Of a stretch of DNA of 64,000 nt, positions 51,443 through 61,074 are shown one piece after another. The DNA is from an uncultured Planctomycetota bacterium (GTDB taxonomy: Bacteria; Planctomycetota; PLA2; JAEUHO01), in contig CAVVXN010000005.1 of the NCBI GenBank assembly GCA_963752285.1, positions 1,376,001 through 1,440,000 of the forward strand, written 5' to 3'. The position numbers and the translations under genes are program-made. How positions within the stretch are numbered: the stretch's first letter is position 1; every line of letters starts with the position of its first letter. Below the pieces are notes generated by a model. It saw only the letters and a list, made by a program, of their open reading frames with translations. It searched no databases and was not told the origin of the DNA.

Positions 51443-52456
51443 ATGCGGGGCGTGCCGAACGCCGCCGGAACCGTCCGTCCCCTGCTCGGCCCGCTCCTCG
51501 AGGCGGAGGTCCGGCGCTACGACCGGGCGTGGCTCGCGTCCGACCCCCTCTGGTGGCCACGGCGCTTCGAGGATCGCGCCGACCGGGAGGTGGTGGCGAT
51601 CGTGGCCGCGCTCCTCGCGTACGGTCGCGTCGCCACGATCCAGCAGACCCTCGGTCGCGTGGTCTCGTCGCTCGGCCCGGCGCCGAGCCGCACGGTCGAG
51701 GAGGCCGACGAACGAGAGCTCGGTCGGAGGCTCCGTCCTGTGGTCCACCGCTTCACGCGGGGCGAAGACCTCGCGTGGCTCCTCGCGGGCGTCGGGGCGA
51801 TCCGCCGACGGCACGGCAGCGTCGGCCGCCTCGTCGAGGACGCCGCGCGGGAGGGGGCGCCGCTCCGTTCGGCGCTCGTCGCGTTCCGCGCCGCGCTCCA
51901 CGCGCGGCCCGGGCGCGCCGCGCGGGCAGGGGCCCGGGCCTTCCTCGTGCCCGACCCCGCGCTGGGCGGCGCGTGCAAGCGACTGCTCCTCCTCATGCGC
52001 TGGTGCGTGCGGGGCGACGACGGGCTCGACCTCGGCCTCTGGGGCGGCGAACGGCTCACGCCCGCGGACCTCCTCCTGCCGCTCGACGCGCACGCGTTCC
52101 GGTTCGCGCGCCACCTCGGCCTCACGCGGCGCGCCCGCGCGGACTGGCGCACGGCGGAGGAGGTGACCGCGGCGCTTCGCCAGATCGACCCGGACGACCC
52201 CACGCGCTTCGACTTCGCGCTCGTCAGGCCCGGCATCGTGGGGCGCTGCCGGCACCGGCACGTGCCGGCGGTCTGCGGCGCGTGTCCCCTCGCCCCCGCG
52301 TGCGACCACGGCGGACCCGCGCGGCGCGGGTCGTCGGCCGCGGGACCGCCCCGACCCGAACAAGCGCCGGGACCGCGGACCGCGCGCGCTACCAGTGGAA
52401 ACCGAACGTCGCCTCGTTGGCCTCGAACCAGGCCTTCGCGTCGGCCGTCGTCTTGA
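51443..52456 (+). CDS. DUF2400/TIGR02757-like protein with a C-terminal Cys cluster
   Basis: SDPL, DREVVA..AALLAYGRV, ACKR..LLMRW.VR, DLGLW, PLDAH, DP.DP.RFDFAL; start may be 51452. Confidence 0.82.
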   Translation: MRGVPNAAGTVRPLLGPLLEAEVRRYDRAWLASDPLWWPRRFEDRADREVVAIVAALLAYGRVATIQQTLGRVVSSLGPAPSRTVEEADERELGRRLRPVVHRFTRGEDLAWLLAGVGAIRRRHGSVGRLVEDAAREGAPLRSALVAFRAALHARPGRAARAGARAFLVPDPALGGACKRLLLLMRWCVRGDDGLDLGLWGGERLTPADLLLPLDAHAFRFARHLGLTRRARADWRTAEEVTAALRQIDPDDPTRFDFALVRPGIVGRCRHRHVPAVCGACPLAPACDHGGPARRGSSAAGPPRPEQAPGPRTARATSGNRTSPRWPRTRPSRRPSS

Positions 52457-53204
52457 AGTTCTTCCCGGTCAGGTCCTCGAGCGCCTCGAGGGCCGACGCG
52501 TGCTCCTCGTGCCAGAGCTGCCACCGGCGTTCCCACCACTCGGCGGGGGGGTTCGTGGGCGAGTTCACGTCGGTCGCCTCGGGACGGTCGATCTCCTCGG
52601 CGAGGAGCCGGCAGAAGCGCTTGTCCTTCACGTCGCGGACGTAGCGGCAGATGTCCACGATCGCGGGCGCGTAGTCGCGGCGCGGGTCGCCGACGATGGT
52701 GCGCCAGGTGTCCTCCACGACGCGGTAGCGGTCGTCGTCGAGGGGCGACGGCTGGAGCCCGGACACGGCGAGGAGGATGTGCGTGCGAACGAGCAGGCGC
52801 GTCCGGTTCACGCTCTTCGACCAGCCGAGCTTCCAGACCTGGTCCACGAGCTTCTGGCGCTCCTTGTCGTCCTCCACGCGCTGCACGCGGAGGATCTCGG
52901 CGGCCTTCATCGCCACCTCCGGCGCGTCGTGCGTGAGGCACGCGAGCAGGGGCTTTCGGACCTCGGGGTGGCTGCGCAGGCCGATCGCCTCGAGCGCCGG
53001 CAGCACGTCGGCCGCCTTCTTCTTCTTGCGGGCCCGGTCGAGGGCCTTCGCGAGCTCCTTCGCCTCGCCGTCGGGGATCGGCGCGCCCGCGACGTCCGGG
53101 CCCGCCGGCGCCGCCGCGTCGCCGTCGTCGGCGCGCGTCGTCGCGGGGAACGGGAGGAGGAAGAGGAGGACGAGGGCGGGCGCCAGGACGCGACGCGACT
53201 CCAT
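52389..53204 (-). CDS. Secreted hypothetical helical (HEAT-like) protein
   Basis: Signal peptide; C-terminal L..LTG..F...AKAW pattern; GGAGG RBS. Confidence 0.7.
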   Translation of the reverse strand: MESRRVLAPALVLLFLLPFPATTRADDGDAAAPAGPDVAGAPIPDGEAKELAKALDRARKKKKAADVLPALEAIGLRSHPEVRKPLLACLTHDAPEVAMKAAEILRVQRVEDDKERQKLVDQVWKLGWSKSVNRTRLLVRTHILLAVSGLQPSPLDDDRYRVVEDTWRTIVGDPRRDYAPAIVDICRYVRDVKDKRFCRLLAEEIDRPEATDVNSPTNPPAEWWERRWQLWHEEHASALEALEDLTGKNFKTTADAKAWFEANEATFGFHW

Positions 53205-53269
53205 GGTGGGCCTCCGACCGGAGATCCTACTCCCGCGGGCCCGTCGCCCCGGGCGCGGTGAGGGGCGGC

Positions 53270-53337
53270 GCGGCGGACGACGCGACGGACGACGCGACGG
53301 ACGAGGGGGACGAGCGGCGGACGACGCGGCGGACGAC
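53270..53337. repeat. Imperfect 12-bp tandem repeat (GCGRCGGACGAC)
   Basis: About five copies in the intergenic region, interrupted once. Confidence 0.65.
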
Positions 53338-53387
53338 GTGCGGCGCAGGGCGGCCCCCGAAGCGTCCTGGGCGGGACGGCGCGGAGG

Positions 53388-54812
53388 CTACGGCGCGCCG
53401 CGGTTCGCGTACACGTCGCCGGGCCCGTCCCGGTCGTCGCTCCACACCACGAGCGCCTCCGTCCCCCGGGGCGCGAGGTCGGGCTCCAGCGCGTTCGTCG
53501 AGCCGAGCGGCGTCGTGTCGAGCCGCACCTCGGGCGCGCTCCACGTGAGGCCCTGGTCCGCGGAACCGACCAGGAGGAGGTCGAACGCGCCCCGCCGGTC
53601 GTCGGCGAACGCCACGAACGCGCGCGACGCGGAGAGCCCCGCGACCGGCTGGAGCGAGCGCGCGAGCCCGGGGCCGTCCGTGTCGAGGCGGACGTCCTCC
53701 GAGAGCCACGTCCGACCCCCGTCGAGAGAGCGGCTCGCGTGGACGTCCGCGAGGCCCGCGCGGAGGTCCTCCCAGGCGACGAGGGCCAGGGCGCCCCGGA
53801 GCGCGAGGGTCGGGTGGACGGAGTCGGCCGAGCCCGGCGGGTCGGTGTCGAGACGCAGGTCGGCGGGGAGCCACGTGCGCCCCGCGTCGTCCGACGCGTT
53901 CGCGCGCACGTCGAACGCGCCGTCCCGGTCGTCCTGCCACACGACCACCACGCGGTCGCCGTCCATCGCGATCCGAGGACCGCGCGAGTCGCCGACGCCC
54001 GGCGCGTCGGTGTCGAGGCGGAGGTCCGCCGGGAGCCACGTCTGTCCGGCGTCGGACGACACGTTCACGCGCACGTCGAACGCGCCGTCGCGGTCGTCCT
54101 GCCACACGACCACCACGCGGTCGCCCGACGCCGCGACGCGCGGGCCGCGCGAGGCGGCGACGCCCAAGACGTCGGTGTCGAGGCGCCGGTCGGGGCTCCA
54201 GGTGGCGCCGGCGTCCGTGGAGCGCGCGAAGTAGACGTCGTCCGCGCCGTTCCGGTCGTCCTGCCAGGCGGCGTACACGAGGTCGCCCTGCTCGGCCACC
54301 GAGACCTCGAGCGAGGAGCCGTCGGGGCCCGTCCCGTCGTCGAGCCGGACGTCCTCGCCGAGCCAGGTCAGGCCCGCGTCGAGCGACCGGTTCGCGCGGA
54401 CCTGGGAGAGCCCGCCGCGCGTGTCCTCCCACAGGACGACCACGCGGTCGCCGTCGCAGGCGATCACCGGCACGTTCGAGGAGGCCGCCCCGGGGAGGTC
54501 CGTGTCGAGCCGGACGTCGGTGCGGCGCCAGTGGACGCCGCCGTCCAAGGAGCGGTTGAAGTACACGTCGGTGTCGCCCGCGCGCCGGTCGTACCAGGCG
54601 ACGTAGAGATGGTCGCCGGACGCCGCGATCCGCGGGAAGACCGACAGCGCCGCGCCGGGCGCGTCCGTGTCCAGGCGGCTCTCGGCGGCCTGCGGGGGCG
54701 CGTAGGGACCCGTGGGCGTCGGTGCGCCCGCCGGGGCCCGCCCCGACCCGCCGCACGAGACGCCGAGGATCGAGGACGCGAGCGCCAGGGTCCACGCCGA
54801 CACGAGCCGCAC
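53388..54812 (-). CDS. BNR/Asp-box repeat lipoprotein (eight ~55-aa repeats; sialidase-like propeller)
   Basis: Lipobox-like GVS-C; repeated S.D.G.TW...D.RLDTD and W.DDR.G..DV. Confidence 0.85.
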   Translation of the reverse strand: MRLVSAWTLALASSILGVSCGGSGRAPAGAPTPTGPYAPPQAAESRLDTDAPGAALSVFPRIAASGDHLYVAWYDRRAGDTDVYFNRSLDGGVHWRRTDVRLDTDLPGAASSNVPVIACDGDRVVVLWEDTRGGLSQVRANRSLDAGLTWLGEDVRLDDGTGPDGSSLEVSVAEQGDLVYAAWQDDRNGADDVYFARSTDAGATWSPDRRLDTDVLGVAASRGPRVAASGDRVVVVWQDDRDGAFDVRVNVSSDAGQTWLPADLRLDTDAPGVGDSRGPRIAMDGDRVVVVWQDDRDGAFDVRANASDDAGRTWLPADLRLDTDPPGSADSVHPTLALRGALALVAWEDLRAGLADVHASRSLDGGRTWLSEDVRLDTDGPGLARSLQPVAGLSASRAFVAFADDRRGAFDLLLVGSADQGLTWSAPEVRLDTTPLGSTNALEPDLAPRGTEALVVWSDDRDGPGDVYANRGAP

Positions 54813-54885
54813 GCGCGGGAATCTACCCCCGTCGCGCGAGGACCGCTATCCTTCGGCCCTTTCGTGCCCAGAGAGGAGCGCGGCC

Positions 54886-55371
54886 ATGCCCCCGAGAGCC
54901 CTCTTCCCGCTCGAGCGAATCGATCCCGCCCACGTCGTGGCCGACATCGAGGCGATCCGCCGCGCGAACCCCCAGCGCTTCGAGATGGAGCAGCTCTCCC
55001 GCATCTGTTACGCGAACGTGGAGACGGGCGAGGTGGCGGGCGTTCTCGAGGTGGGCGAGGAGCCGTTCTGGGCCCGCGGCCACATCCCCGGCCGCCCGCT
55101 CATGCCCGGCGTGCTGATGCTCGAGGCCGCCGCGCAGCTCTGCTCGTGGTTCGTGCGCCAGGTGTACGACCCCGCGGAGTTCTCCGAGCGGTTCTTCGGC
55201 TTCGGGGGGATCGACGACGTGAAGTTCCGGGGGGTGATCTTCCCGGGGCAGTCGATGCTGCTCCTCGGGAGGAAGACCGAGATCCGCCCGCGTCGCGCCG
55301 TCTTCGCGACGCAGGGCTGGATCGAAGACCGCATGACGTTCGAGGCGCAGATCACCGGGATGTGGGTCTGA
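54886..55371 (+). CDS. 3-hydroxyacyl-ACP dehydratase (FabZ-like)
   Basis: GHIPGRPLMPGVLMLEAAAQ, VKFRG...PG; AGGAG RBS. Confidence 0.88.
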   Translation: MPPRALFPLERIDPAHVVADIEAIRRANPQRFEMEQLSRICYANVETGEVAGVLEVGEEPFWARGHIPGRPLMPGVLMLEAAAQLCSWFVRQVYDPAEFSERFFGFGGIDDVKFRGVIFPGQSMLLLGRKTEIRPRRAVFATQGWIEDRMTFEAQITGMWV

Positions 55372-55404
55372 GCGCGGGCGCCCCGCGTCGCGACCGGGCG
55401 TACG

Positions 55405-55935
55405 TCAGGGGCGCGGCGGGAGCGGCGCGGGCGCCTCGCCGGCCGCCGTGCGGCGCGACTGCTCGACGTAGCCGTTCGCCATCCACGCCGCCTCGGCGCG
55501 CCGCGCGTCCTCGGCGTACGTCTTGACCACGCGGGCGGGCACGCCGACGGCGAGGGAGAACGGGGGGATCTCCATCCCCTCCGAGACGACCGCGCCGGCC
55601 CCCACCACGGCGTGCTCGCCGATCACGCTCCCCGAGAGCAGGATCGCGCCCATCCCGACGAGCGCGCCGTCCTGGACGAGGATCCCGTGGCAGATCGCGC
55701 CGTGGCCGATCGTGACGCCGTTCCCGATCACGTTCGGGCAGTCGGGGTCCACGTGGACGACGGTGCCGTCCTGCACGTTCGTGCGCGCTCCGATCCGGAT
55801 GGGCGCCACGTCGCCCCGGATCGTGACCCCGAACCACACGTTCGCGTCCTCGCCGAGCTCGACGTCGCCGGTGACGACGGCGTTCTCGGCGATCCACGCC
55901 GCGCCCACGCGACGGAGCCGGTACGCGCCGCTCAC
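55405..55935 (-). CDS. Gamma-class carbonic anhydrase family protein
   Basis: IRGD..PI.IG..TNVQDG.VVH, IGHGAICHG hexapeptide repeats. Confidence 0.9.
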   Translation of the reverse strand: MSGAYRLRRVGAAWIAENAVVTGDVELGEDANVWFGVTIRGDVAPIRIGARTNVQDGTVVHVDPDCPNVIGNGVTIGHGAICHGILVQDGALVGMGAILLSGSVIGEHAVVGAGAVVSEGMEIPPFSLAVGVPARVVKTYAEDARRAEAAWMANGYVEQSRRTAAGEAPAPLPPRP

Positions 55936-57038
55936 AGGACGCCCTGCACCCGCGCGATGATCATCGGGACGATGTTCGACGCGTTGAAGAGGGCGTGCGC
56001 GACCATCGTCGTGGCGAGGGAGTCGGTGTGCTCGACCACGGTGGCGAACACCATCGCGAGCCCGAAGAGCGGCAGCAGGGACGGGCCGTGCGCGTGGATG
56101 CCCGCGAAGAGGAGCGAGCTCACGACCGCCCCGATCCAGTAGCCCCGACGGCCGCCCCCGGCGGCGTGACGAAACGCCGGGAAGAGGAGGCCTCGGAACA
56201 CGGCTTCCTCCGTGACGGGCGCCACGAGGACGGCGAACGCGCCGATCCAGTAGAGGTAGCTCGGGTGCTCGGGGGCGAGCGCTTCCTGCACCACCCCGTA
56301 GACCGAGACCTCGCGGCCGAAGAAGACGTAGATCGCCACCGAGATCGCCATCAGTCCGGCCGCGGTCGCGACCCCGACCGCATAGGTGACGAACCCTCGG
56401 CCGGCGACCCGGAGCGGCCGGAGCGCCGGCGCGCCGCGCGCGTGCCGGCGCCAGAGGGTGAACGCGGCCGGCACGCCGAGCGCGACGAGCGTGGTCAGGA
56501 GCCGCGCCGCGAGGGCCCACGAGTCGGGAAGGCCCCGCGCGAGGAGCTCGCCGAGCGTGCCGAGGACCAGGTAGGAGCCGAGCGCGAGGGCGAGCGCGGG
56601 GACGACCTCGAACGCGACCGTCGGGCCCGCGCGAAGCGGCGGCGGCATGCCGAGCCGCCGGCGCTCGTCGTAGCGCCCGTACGCGCGATAGAGGAGGAGC
56701 AGCATCACGAGCACCCCGAGGCCGATGGGCACGATCGTGAGCGCCCACCGCGCCACCCGGAGCTCCGGCGTGCTCATCAGCTTCTCGGCCAGCGCCAGGC
56801 TGTCGGCGAGCGACGGGGGGACGGGCTCCGCCGTGGCGTCGCCCGCCCGACCGTCCGGCGCGCCGCCCGGCGCCGGGGGGAGCCCGGGCGCCGGGACCGG
56901 TCCGGGCCCGGGCGCGGGGGCGGGCGCCGGGGCCGGCGCGACCGGCGCGCCACCCTCGGCCCGAACGACGCCCGCGGTCGCGCCCGCGAGGACGAAGAGG
57001 AGGACCGCCGCGAGGACGGCGCGCCGGCGCCCCGTCAT
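55932..57038 (-). CDS. CPBP (Abi/CAAX) intramembrane metalloprotease
   Basis: [19 protein letters not shown]; multiple TM segments; overlaps thiG and the gamma-CA gene. Confidence 0.87.
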   Translation of the reverse strand: MTGRRRAVLAAVLLFVLAGATAGVVRAEGGAPVAPAPAPAPAPGPGPVPAPGLPPAPGGAPDGRAGDATAEPVPPSLADSLALAEKLMSTPELRVARWALTIVPIGLGVLVMLLLLYRAYGRYDERRRLGMPPPLRAGPTVAFEVVPALALALGSYLVLGTLGELLARGLPDSWALAARLLTTLVALGVPAAFTLWRRHARGAPALRPLRVAGRGFVTYAVGVATAAGLMAISVAIYVFFGREVSVYGVVQEALAPEHPSYLYWIGAFAVLVAPVTEEAVFRGLLFPAFRHAAGGGRRGYWIGAVVSSLLFAGIHAHGPSLLPLFGLAMVFATVVEHTDSLATTMVAHALFNASNIVPMIIARVQGVL

Positions 57039-58054
57039 GCGCCCCTCGGCGCCGCGGGGAGGACGCCCTCGGTCGGCGAGGAGGCGCGGGGCTTCCCCTT
57101 GGGGATCCGGCCCGCGAGGAAGGCGTTCCGCCCGGCGACGCACGCATCGCGCATGGCCATCGCCATCCGGACGGGGTCCTGGGCCTTCGCGATGCCGGTG
57201 TTGAGGAGCACGCCGTCCACCCCGAGCTCCATCGCGAGCGCGACGTCGGAGGCCGTGCCCACGCCCGCATCGACGATCACGGGCACGCGGGACTGCGCCA
57301 CGATCTGCTCGACGTGGAGGGGGTTCAGGATCCCGAGCCCGGTGCCGATCGCGCTCCCGAGCGGCATCACGGCGGCGGCGCCGGCCTCCTCGAGGCGCCG
57401 CGCGGCGACCGGGTCGTCGTTCGTGTAGACGAGCGCCGTGAACCCCTCGCGGACGAGCGTCTCGAGGGCCACGACGGTCTGGAACACGTCGGGGAGGAGG
57501 CTCTCGGGGTCGGCGAGGACCTCGAGCTTCACGAGGTCGGAGAGGCCGAGCTCCTGCGCGAGGCGGCACGTGCGGACGGCCTCCTCGGCCGAGAAGCAGC
57601 CCGCGGTGTTCGGGAGCAGCGTGTAGCGGTCGCCGAGCGCGTCGAGGAGGTTCGGACCGTCCTTCCGCTGGAGGTCCACGCGGCGGAGCGCCACGGTCAC
57701 GCACTCCGTCCCGCTCGCCTCGAGCGCGCGAAGCGTCTCCTCGTGCGAGCGGTACTTGCCCGTCCCGACGAAGAGGCGGCTTCGGAACGCGTGCGTCCCG
57801 ATGCGGAGCGGCTCGTCCTCGAAGGCCGGGTCGCCGCCGCCGACGAACGCGACGACCTCGAGCACGTCGCCCGCCGCGAGGTGGACCTCACCGAGCCGCG
57901 CGCGAGGCACGACCTCGCCGTTTCGCTCGACGGCGACGCGCCCCGCGCCGAGGCCCAGCGTGCGGAGCAGGTCGAGAACGGTCGGCGGCCCGCCGGCCGC
58001 CGGGACCTCCCGCGGGGTGCCGTTCACCGTGAGCGCGATCGTCTTCGGGTCCAC
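57035..58054 (-). CDS. thiG: ThiS-ThiG fusion (sulfur carrier plus thiazole synthase)
   Basis: [10 protein letters not shown]...[12 protein letters not shown] continues in frame into [34 protein letters not shown]. Confidence 0.92.
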   Translation of the reverse strand: MDPKTIALTVNGTPREVPAAGGPPTVLDLLRTLGLGAGRVAVERNGEVVPRARLGEVHLAAGDVLEVVAFVGGGDPAFEDEPLRIGTHAFRSRLFVGTGKYRSHEETLRALEASGTECVTVALRRVDLQRKDGPNLLDALGDRYTLLPNTAGCFSAEEAVRTCRLAQELGLSDLVKLEVLADPESLLPDVFQTVVALETLVREGFTALVYTNDDPVAARRLEEAGAAAVMPLGSAIGTGLGILNPLHVEQIVAQSRVPVIVDAGVGTASDVALAMELGVDGVLLNTGIAKAQDPVRMAMAMRDACVAGRNAFLAGRIPKGKPRASSPTEGVLPAAPRGA

Positions 58055-58167
58055 GCGCCGAAGGGTACGAGACGGGGCGGCGGGCGGGGCCCTTTCCGGG
58101 ACTGCGCCGGCCCCGCCGGGGACCCGTCCTTCGCCCCCCCACCGCGCCCGGGCACGCCCCGGGACGC

Positions 58168-58192
58168 CCCGGCGGGGACCCGCGCGGTCCAC
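58168..58192. repeat. 25-bp intergenic element, copy 2, overlapping a 10-bp-stem hairpin (58173-58210)
   Basis: Identical to 38786-38810; CGGGGACCCG pairs with CGGGTCCCCG. Confidence 0.75.
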
Positions 58193-58220
58193 GAGCCGGT
58201 CGGGTCCCCGCGCCCGACGT

Positions 58221-59558
58221 TCAGGACCCGCCGCCGACGACCTTCTTCTCCCACTTGTAGAGGTCGGTCACCTGCGCGAGGGTCGAGCCGCCGCCCTCGA
58301 TCTCGGCCCGGATCCGGTTCTCGGCCTCCAGGCAGTACATGGCGCGGTTGGCGATCTCCACGGCGCGCGCGCGCGGCACGATCACGACGCCGTCCGCGTC
58401 GCCCAGCACGAAGTCGCCCGGCCGGCACTCGATCCCCTCGTGGCGGATCACCACACCGATCTCGCCGAACCCCTTCGGCTCGCCGGCGTTCGGGGCGATC
58501 GCCGTCGCGTGGATCGGGAAGCCCATCCGGCGGATGTCCTTCGTGTCGCGGATCGCGCCGAGCACGACGGCACCCGCGAGGCCGCGGTTCAACGCGGAGT
58601 GGGTCGCGAGCTCCCCCCACACGGCGGGGGGACGGCCGCCGGCGTCGATGACGAGCACGTCGCCCGGGCCCGCGCGGTCGATCGCCTCGACGGGCTTCGC
58701 CCAGTCGCCGGGGACCGTCCGGACCGTGACGGCACGGCCCACGACCCGGACGTCGGGCGCGGTCTGGTGAAACCCCGACCAGGCGGGCGCGCGGTGCATG
58801 GCGTCGGTCACGTTGGGCGTCGAGACGAGGCCGAGGAGGCGGAGCACGTCGTCCTCGCCGCTCCCCCGCTCTGCGGTCGCGCCGGCGCCGGCGACGCCCG
58901 AGCGCATGGCCTCGAGGATCTCCCGGGTCGCGGCCTCGGCGTCCTCGGCCTTCGTGATCGCGCCCCCCACGATCACGACGTCGGCGCCGGCGGCGACCGC
59001 GCGGGGCGCGGTCCGCGGGGTGATGCCCCCCGCGACCGTGACGGGGATCCTCACGGCGGCGCGCACGGCCTTGAGGACCTCGAACGGGTCGCCGCCGCGC
59101 ACCTGCTCGTCGATCGGGCAGTGGACGTTCACCGCGTCCGCGCCCATCGCCTCGACCTCGCGGGCCCGCGCGGCCGGGTCGGAGACGCCGAGGAGGTCCA
59201 CCAGCACGCGGATGCCGTAGTTCGCCCCGGCCTCCACGCACTCGCGGATCGTGCTGTCGGACGCGACGCCGAGGACGGTCCCCCACGTGGCGCCGGCCTT
59301 CGCCGCGGCCTCGAGCTCGAGCCGACCCGCGTCCATCGTCTTCCCGTCGCAGACGATGTCGAGCCGCGGGAACTCGGCGCGGAGGGCACGCACCGCGCCG
59401 AGGCCCTCGGCCTTCAAGAGCGGCGTGCCCACCTCGAGGAGGTCCACGCCGCCGCGGACCGCTTCGCGCGCCGCCAGGAGCGCGCGGTGGAGGTCCACGT
59501 GGTCCAAGGCGAGCTGGAGTCGAGGGCGGGGACCGGAAGAAGGCTTCGGATCGGACAT
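58221..59558 (-). CDS. 3-hexulose-6-phosphate synthase / RraA-like aldolase fusion
   Basis: [31 protein letters not shown]; then [25 protein letters not shown]. Confidence 0.88.
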   Translation of the reverse strand: MSDPKPSSGPRPRLQLALDHVDLHRALLAAREAVRGGVDLLEVGTPLLKAEGLGAVRALRAEFPRLDIVCDGKTMDAGRLELEAAAKAGATWGTVLGVASDSTIRECVEAGANYGIRVLVDLLGVSDPAARAREVEAMGADAVNVHCPIDEQVRGGDPFEVLKAVRAAVRIPVTVAGGITPRTAPRAVAAGADVVIVGGAITKAEDAEAATREILEAMRSGVAGAGATAERGSGEDDVLRLLGLVSTPNVTDAMHRAPAWSGFHQTAPDVRVVGRAVTVRTVPGDWAKPVEAIDRAGPGDVLVIDAGGRPPAVWGELATHSALNRGLAGAVVLGAIRDTKDIRRMGFPIHATAIAPNAGEPKGFGEIGVVIRHEGIECRPGDFVLGDADGVVIVPRARAVEIANRAMYCLEAENRIRAEIEGGGSTLAQVTDLYKWEKKVVGGGS

Positions 59559-59616
59559 GGCGCCCCAGGCTACCGGTCGAGCGCCGCGCCGGCGAGCCGT
59601 TGGGGGGCCGCGTCGC

Positions 59617-59700
59617 TTGACGACGCGCCCGGTCGCCCCGAAGATGCCCGGCCCGACATACCGTGCACCCGAGGGGGCGGGCTTGGGCCCGCCCGCTTTC
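59617..59700 (+). promoter_or_regulatory. Putative nusA promoter and leader hairpin
   Basis: TTGACG-N17-GAAGAT; GGGCGGGC-ttgg-GCCCGCCC followed by GCTTTC. Confidence 0.4.
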
Positions 59701-59733
59701 GTGTATGGGCCCGAACCCCCGAGAAACCGCCCC

Positions 59734-60957
59734 ATGGATCCCGCCGACATCCTTCGGTTCGCCGACGTCGTCCACCGCGATCGCGGGATCGACAAGGAGA
59801 TCGTCTTCAGCGCGATCGAGCAGGGCCTGCTCACCGCGGCGCGCAAGCGCTTCGGCGAGGAAGCCGTGATCGAGGTCCACCTCGACCGCAAGTCCGGCGA
59901 CATCCAGTGCCTGGTCAACGGGTCGCCGAAGCGCATGGACTTCGGCCGGATCGCCGCCCAGACCGCGCGCCAGGTCATGAACCAGAAGATCCGCGAGGCG
60001 GAGCGCGACAAGAACCTCGAGGAGTACAACCGCCGCCTCGGCACGATCGTCACCGGCTCGATCCAGCGGATCGAGGGCGGGAACCTGATCGTCAACATGG
60101 GCCGCGTCGAGGGGATCGTCCCCCGGTCCGAGCAGATCCGGGGCGAGACCTTCAAGGTCGGCGACCGGATCCGCGCGTACCTCTTCGAGGTGCGGCCGCA
60201 GGGCCAGCGCGTCCGCATCGTGCTCTCGCGGAGCCGCCCGGACTTCGTGAAGAAGCTCTTCGAGCTCGAGGTGCCCGAGATCGCCGAGGGTGTGATCGTC
60301 GTCAAGGCGATCGAGCGCGAGGCCGGCTACAAGACGAAGCTCGCCGTGGCCTCGCTCGACCGCAAGGTGGACCCCATCGGCGCGTGCGTGGGCGTCCGCG
60401 GCAGCCGGATCCGCAACATCATCGACGAGCTGAACGGCGAGAAGGTGGACATCCTGAAGTGGGAGGAGCAGCCCGAGGTGATGATCTCGACGGCGCTCAA
60501 GCCCGCGCAGATCAACTCGATCACGCTGAACTGGGACGAGCGCACCGCGGACGTGCTGGTGGACGAGGACCAGCTGTCCCTCGCGATCGGCCGGCGCGGC
60601 GCGAACGTCCGGCTGGCCTCGCGCCTCGCCGGCTGGGAGATCAACATCCGCGGCGAGGCCATGGAGCGGGCCGCGGAGGGCCCGGTGGCGGCCGGGGCCG
60701 AGGCACCCCCCGCGGCCGAGGCCGAGGGCGACGGCGCCCCGACGGGCGAGGCGGCCGACCCCGTGTCCCCGGCCGACGAGCCGGCGCCGGCCGAGGCGGA
60801 CGAGGACGCCGTCCGGGTACCCGAGCCGACCCCCGCGAGGCGCGAGGACCACGACGCCGACGCGGACGCGGACGCCGACCCTGGCGACGCGGCCGCGGGC
60901 GAGACCGGACCGCCCGCCTCCTCCACCGGGGCCGAGCCCGCCTCGCGCGGCTCGTAG
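59734..60957 (+). CDS. nusA: Transcription termination/antitermination factor NusA
   Basis: FGRIAAQTARQV, EVPEI, GACVG.RGSRI, QLSLAIGRRG.NVRLA; acidic tail. Confidence 0.96.
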   Translation: MDPADILRFADVVHRDRGIDKEIVFSAIEQGLLTAARKRFGEEAVIEVHLDRKSGDIQCLVNGSPKRMDFGRIAAQTARQVMNQKIREAERDKNLEEYNRRLGTIVTGSIQRIEGGNLIVNMGRVEGIVPRSEQIRGETFKVGDRIRAYLFEVRPQGQRVRIVLSRSRPDFVKKLFELEVPEIAEGVIVVKAIEREAGYKTKLAVASLDRKVDPIGACVGVRGSRIRNIIDELNGEKVDILKWEEQPEVMISTALKPAQINSITLNWDERTADVLVDEDQLSLAIGRRGANVRLASRLAGWEINIRGEAMERAAEGPVAAGAEAPPAAEAEGDGAPTGEAADPVSPADEPAPAEADEDAVRVPEPTPARREDHDADADADADPGDAAAGETGPPASSTGAEPASRGS

Positions 60958-61074
60958 GGCGGGCCTCCCATGTCCACGTTCCCGGCGGCGATCCGGGACA
61001 CGCCGGCCCCCCTCCGGTACGATCCACGGTTCATGCCCCTCGCCGGGGCTCGACACGAAGGAACCCCATTCCCC

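Noticed and set aside
53270..54180. CRISPR array
   Set aside because: The repeats are either spacerless 12-mers or in-frame protein repeats; no cas genes
58055..58220. TPP riboswitch upstream of thiS-thiG
   Set aside because: Conserved TPP motifs (CUGAGA, CCUGA...AAU) are not visible; only GC-rich hairpins are present
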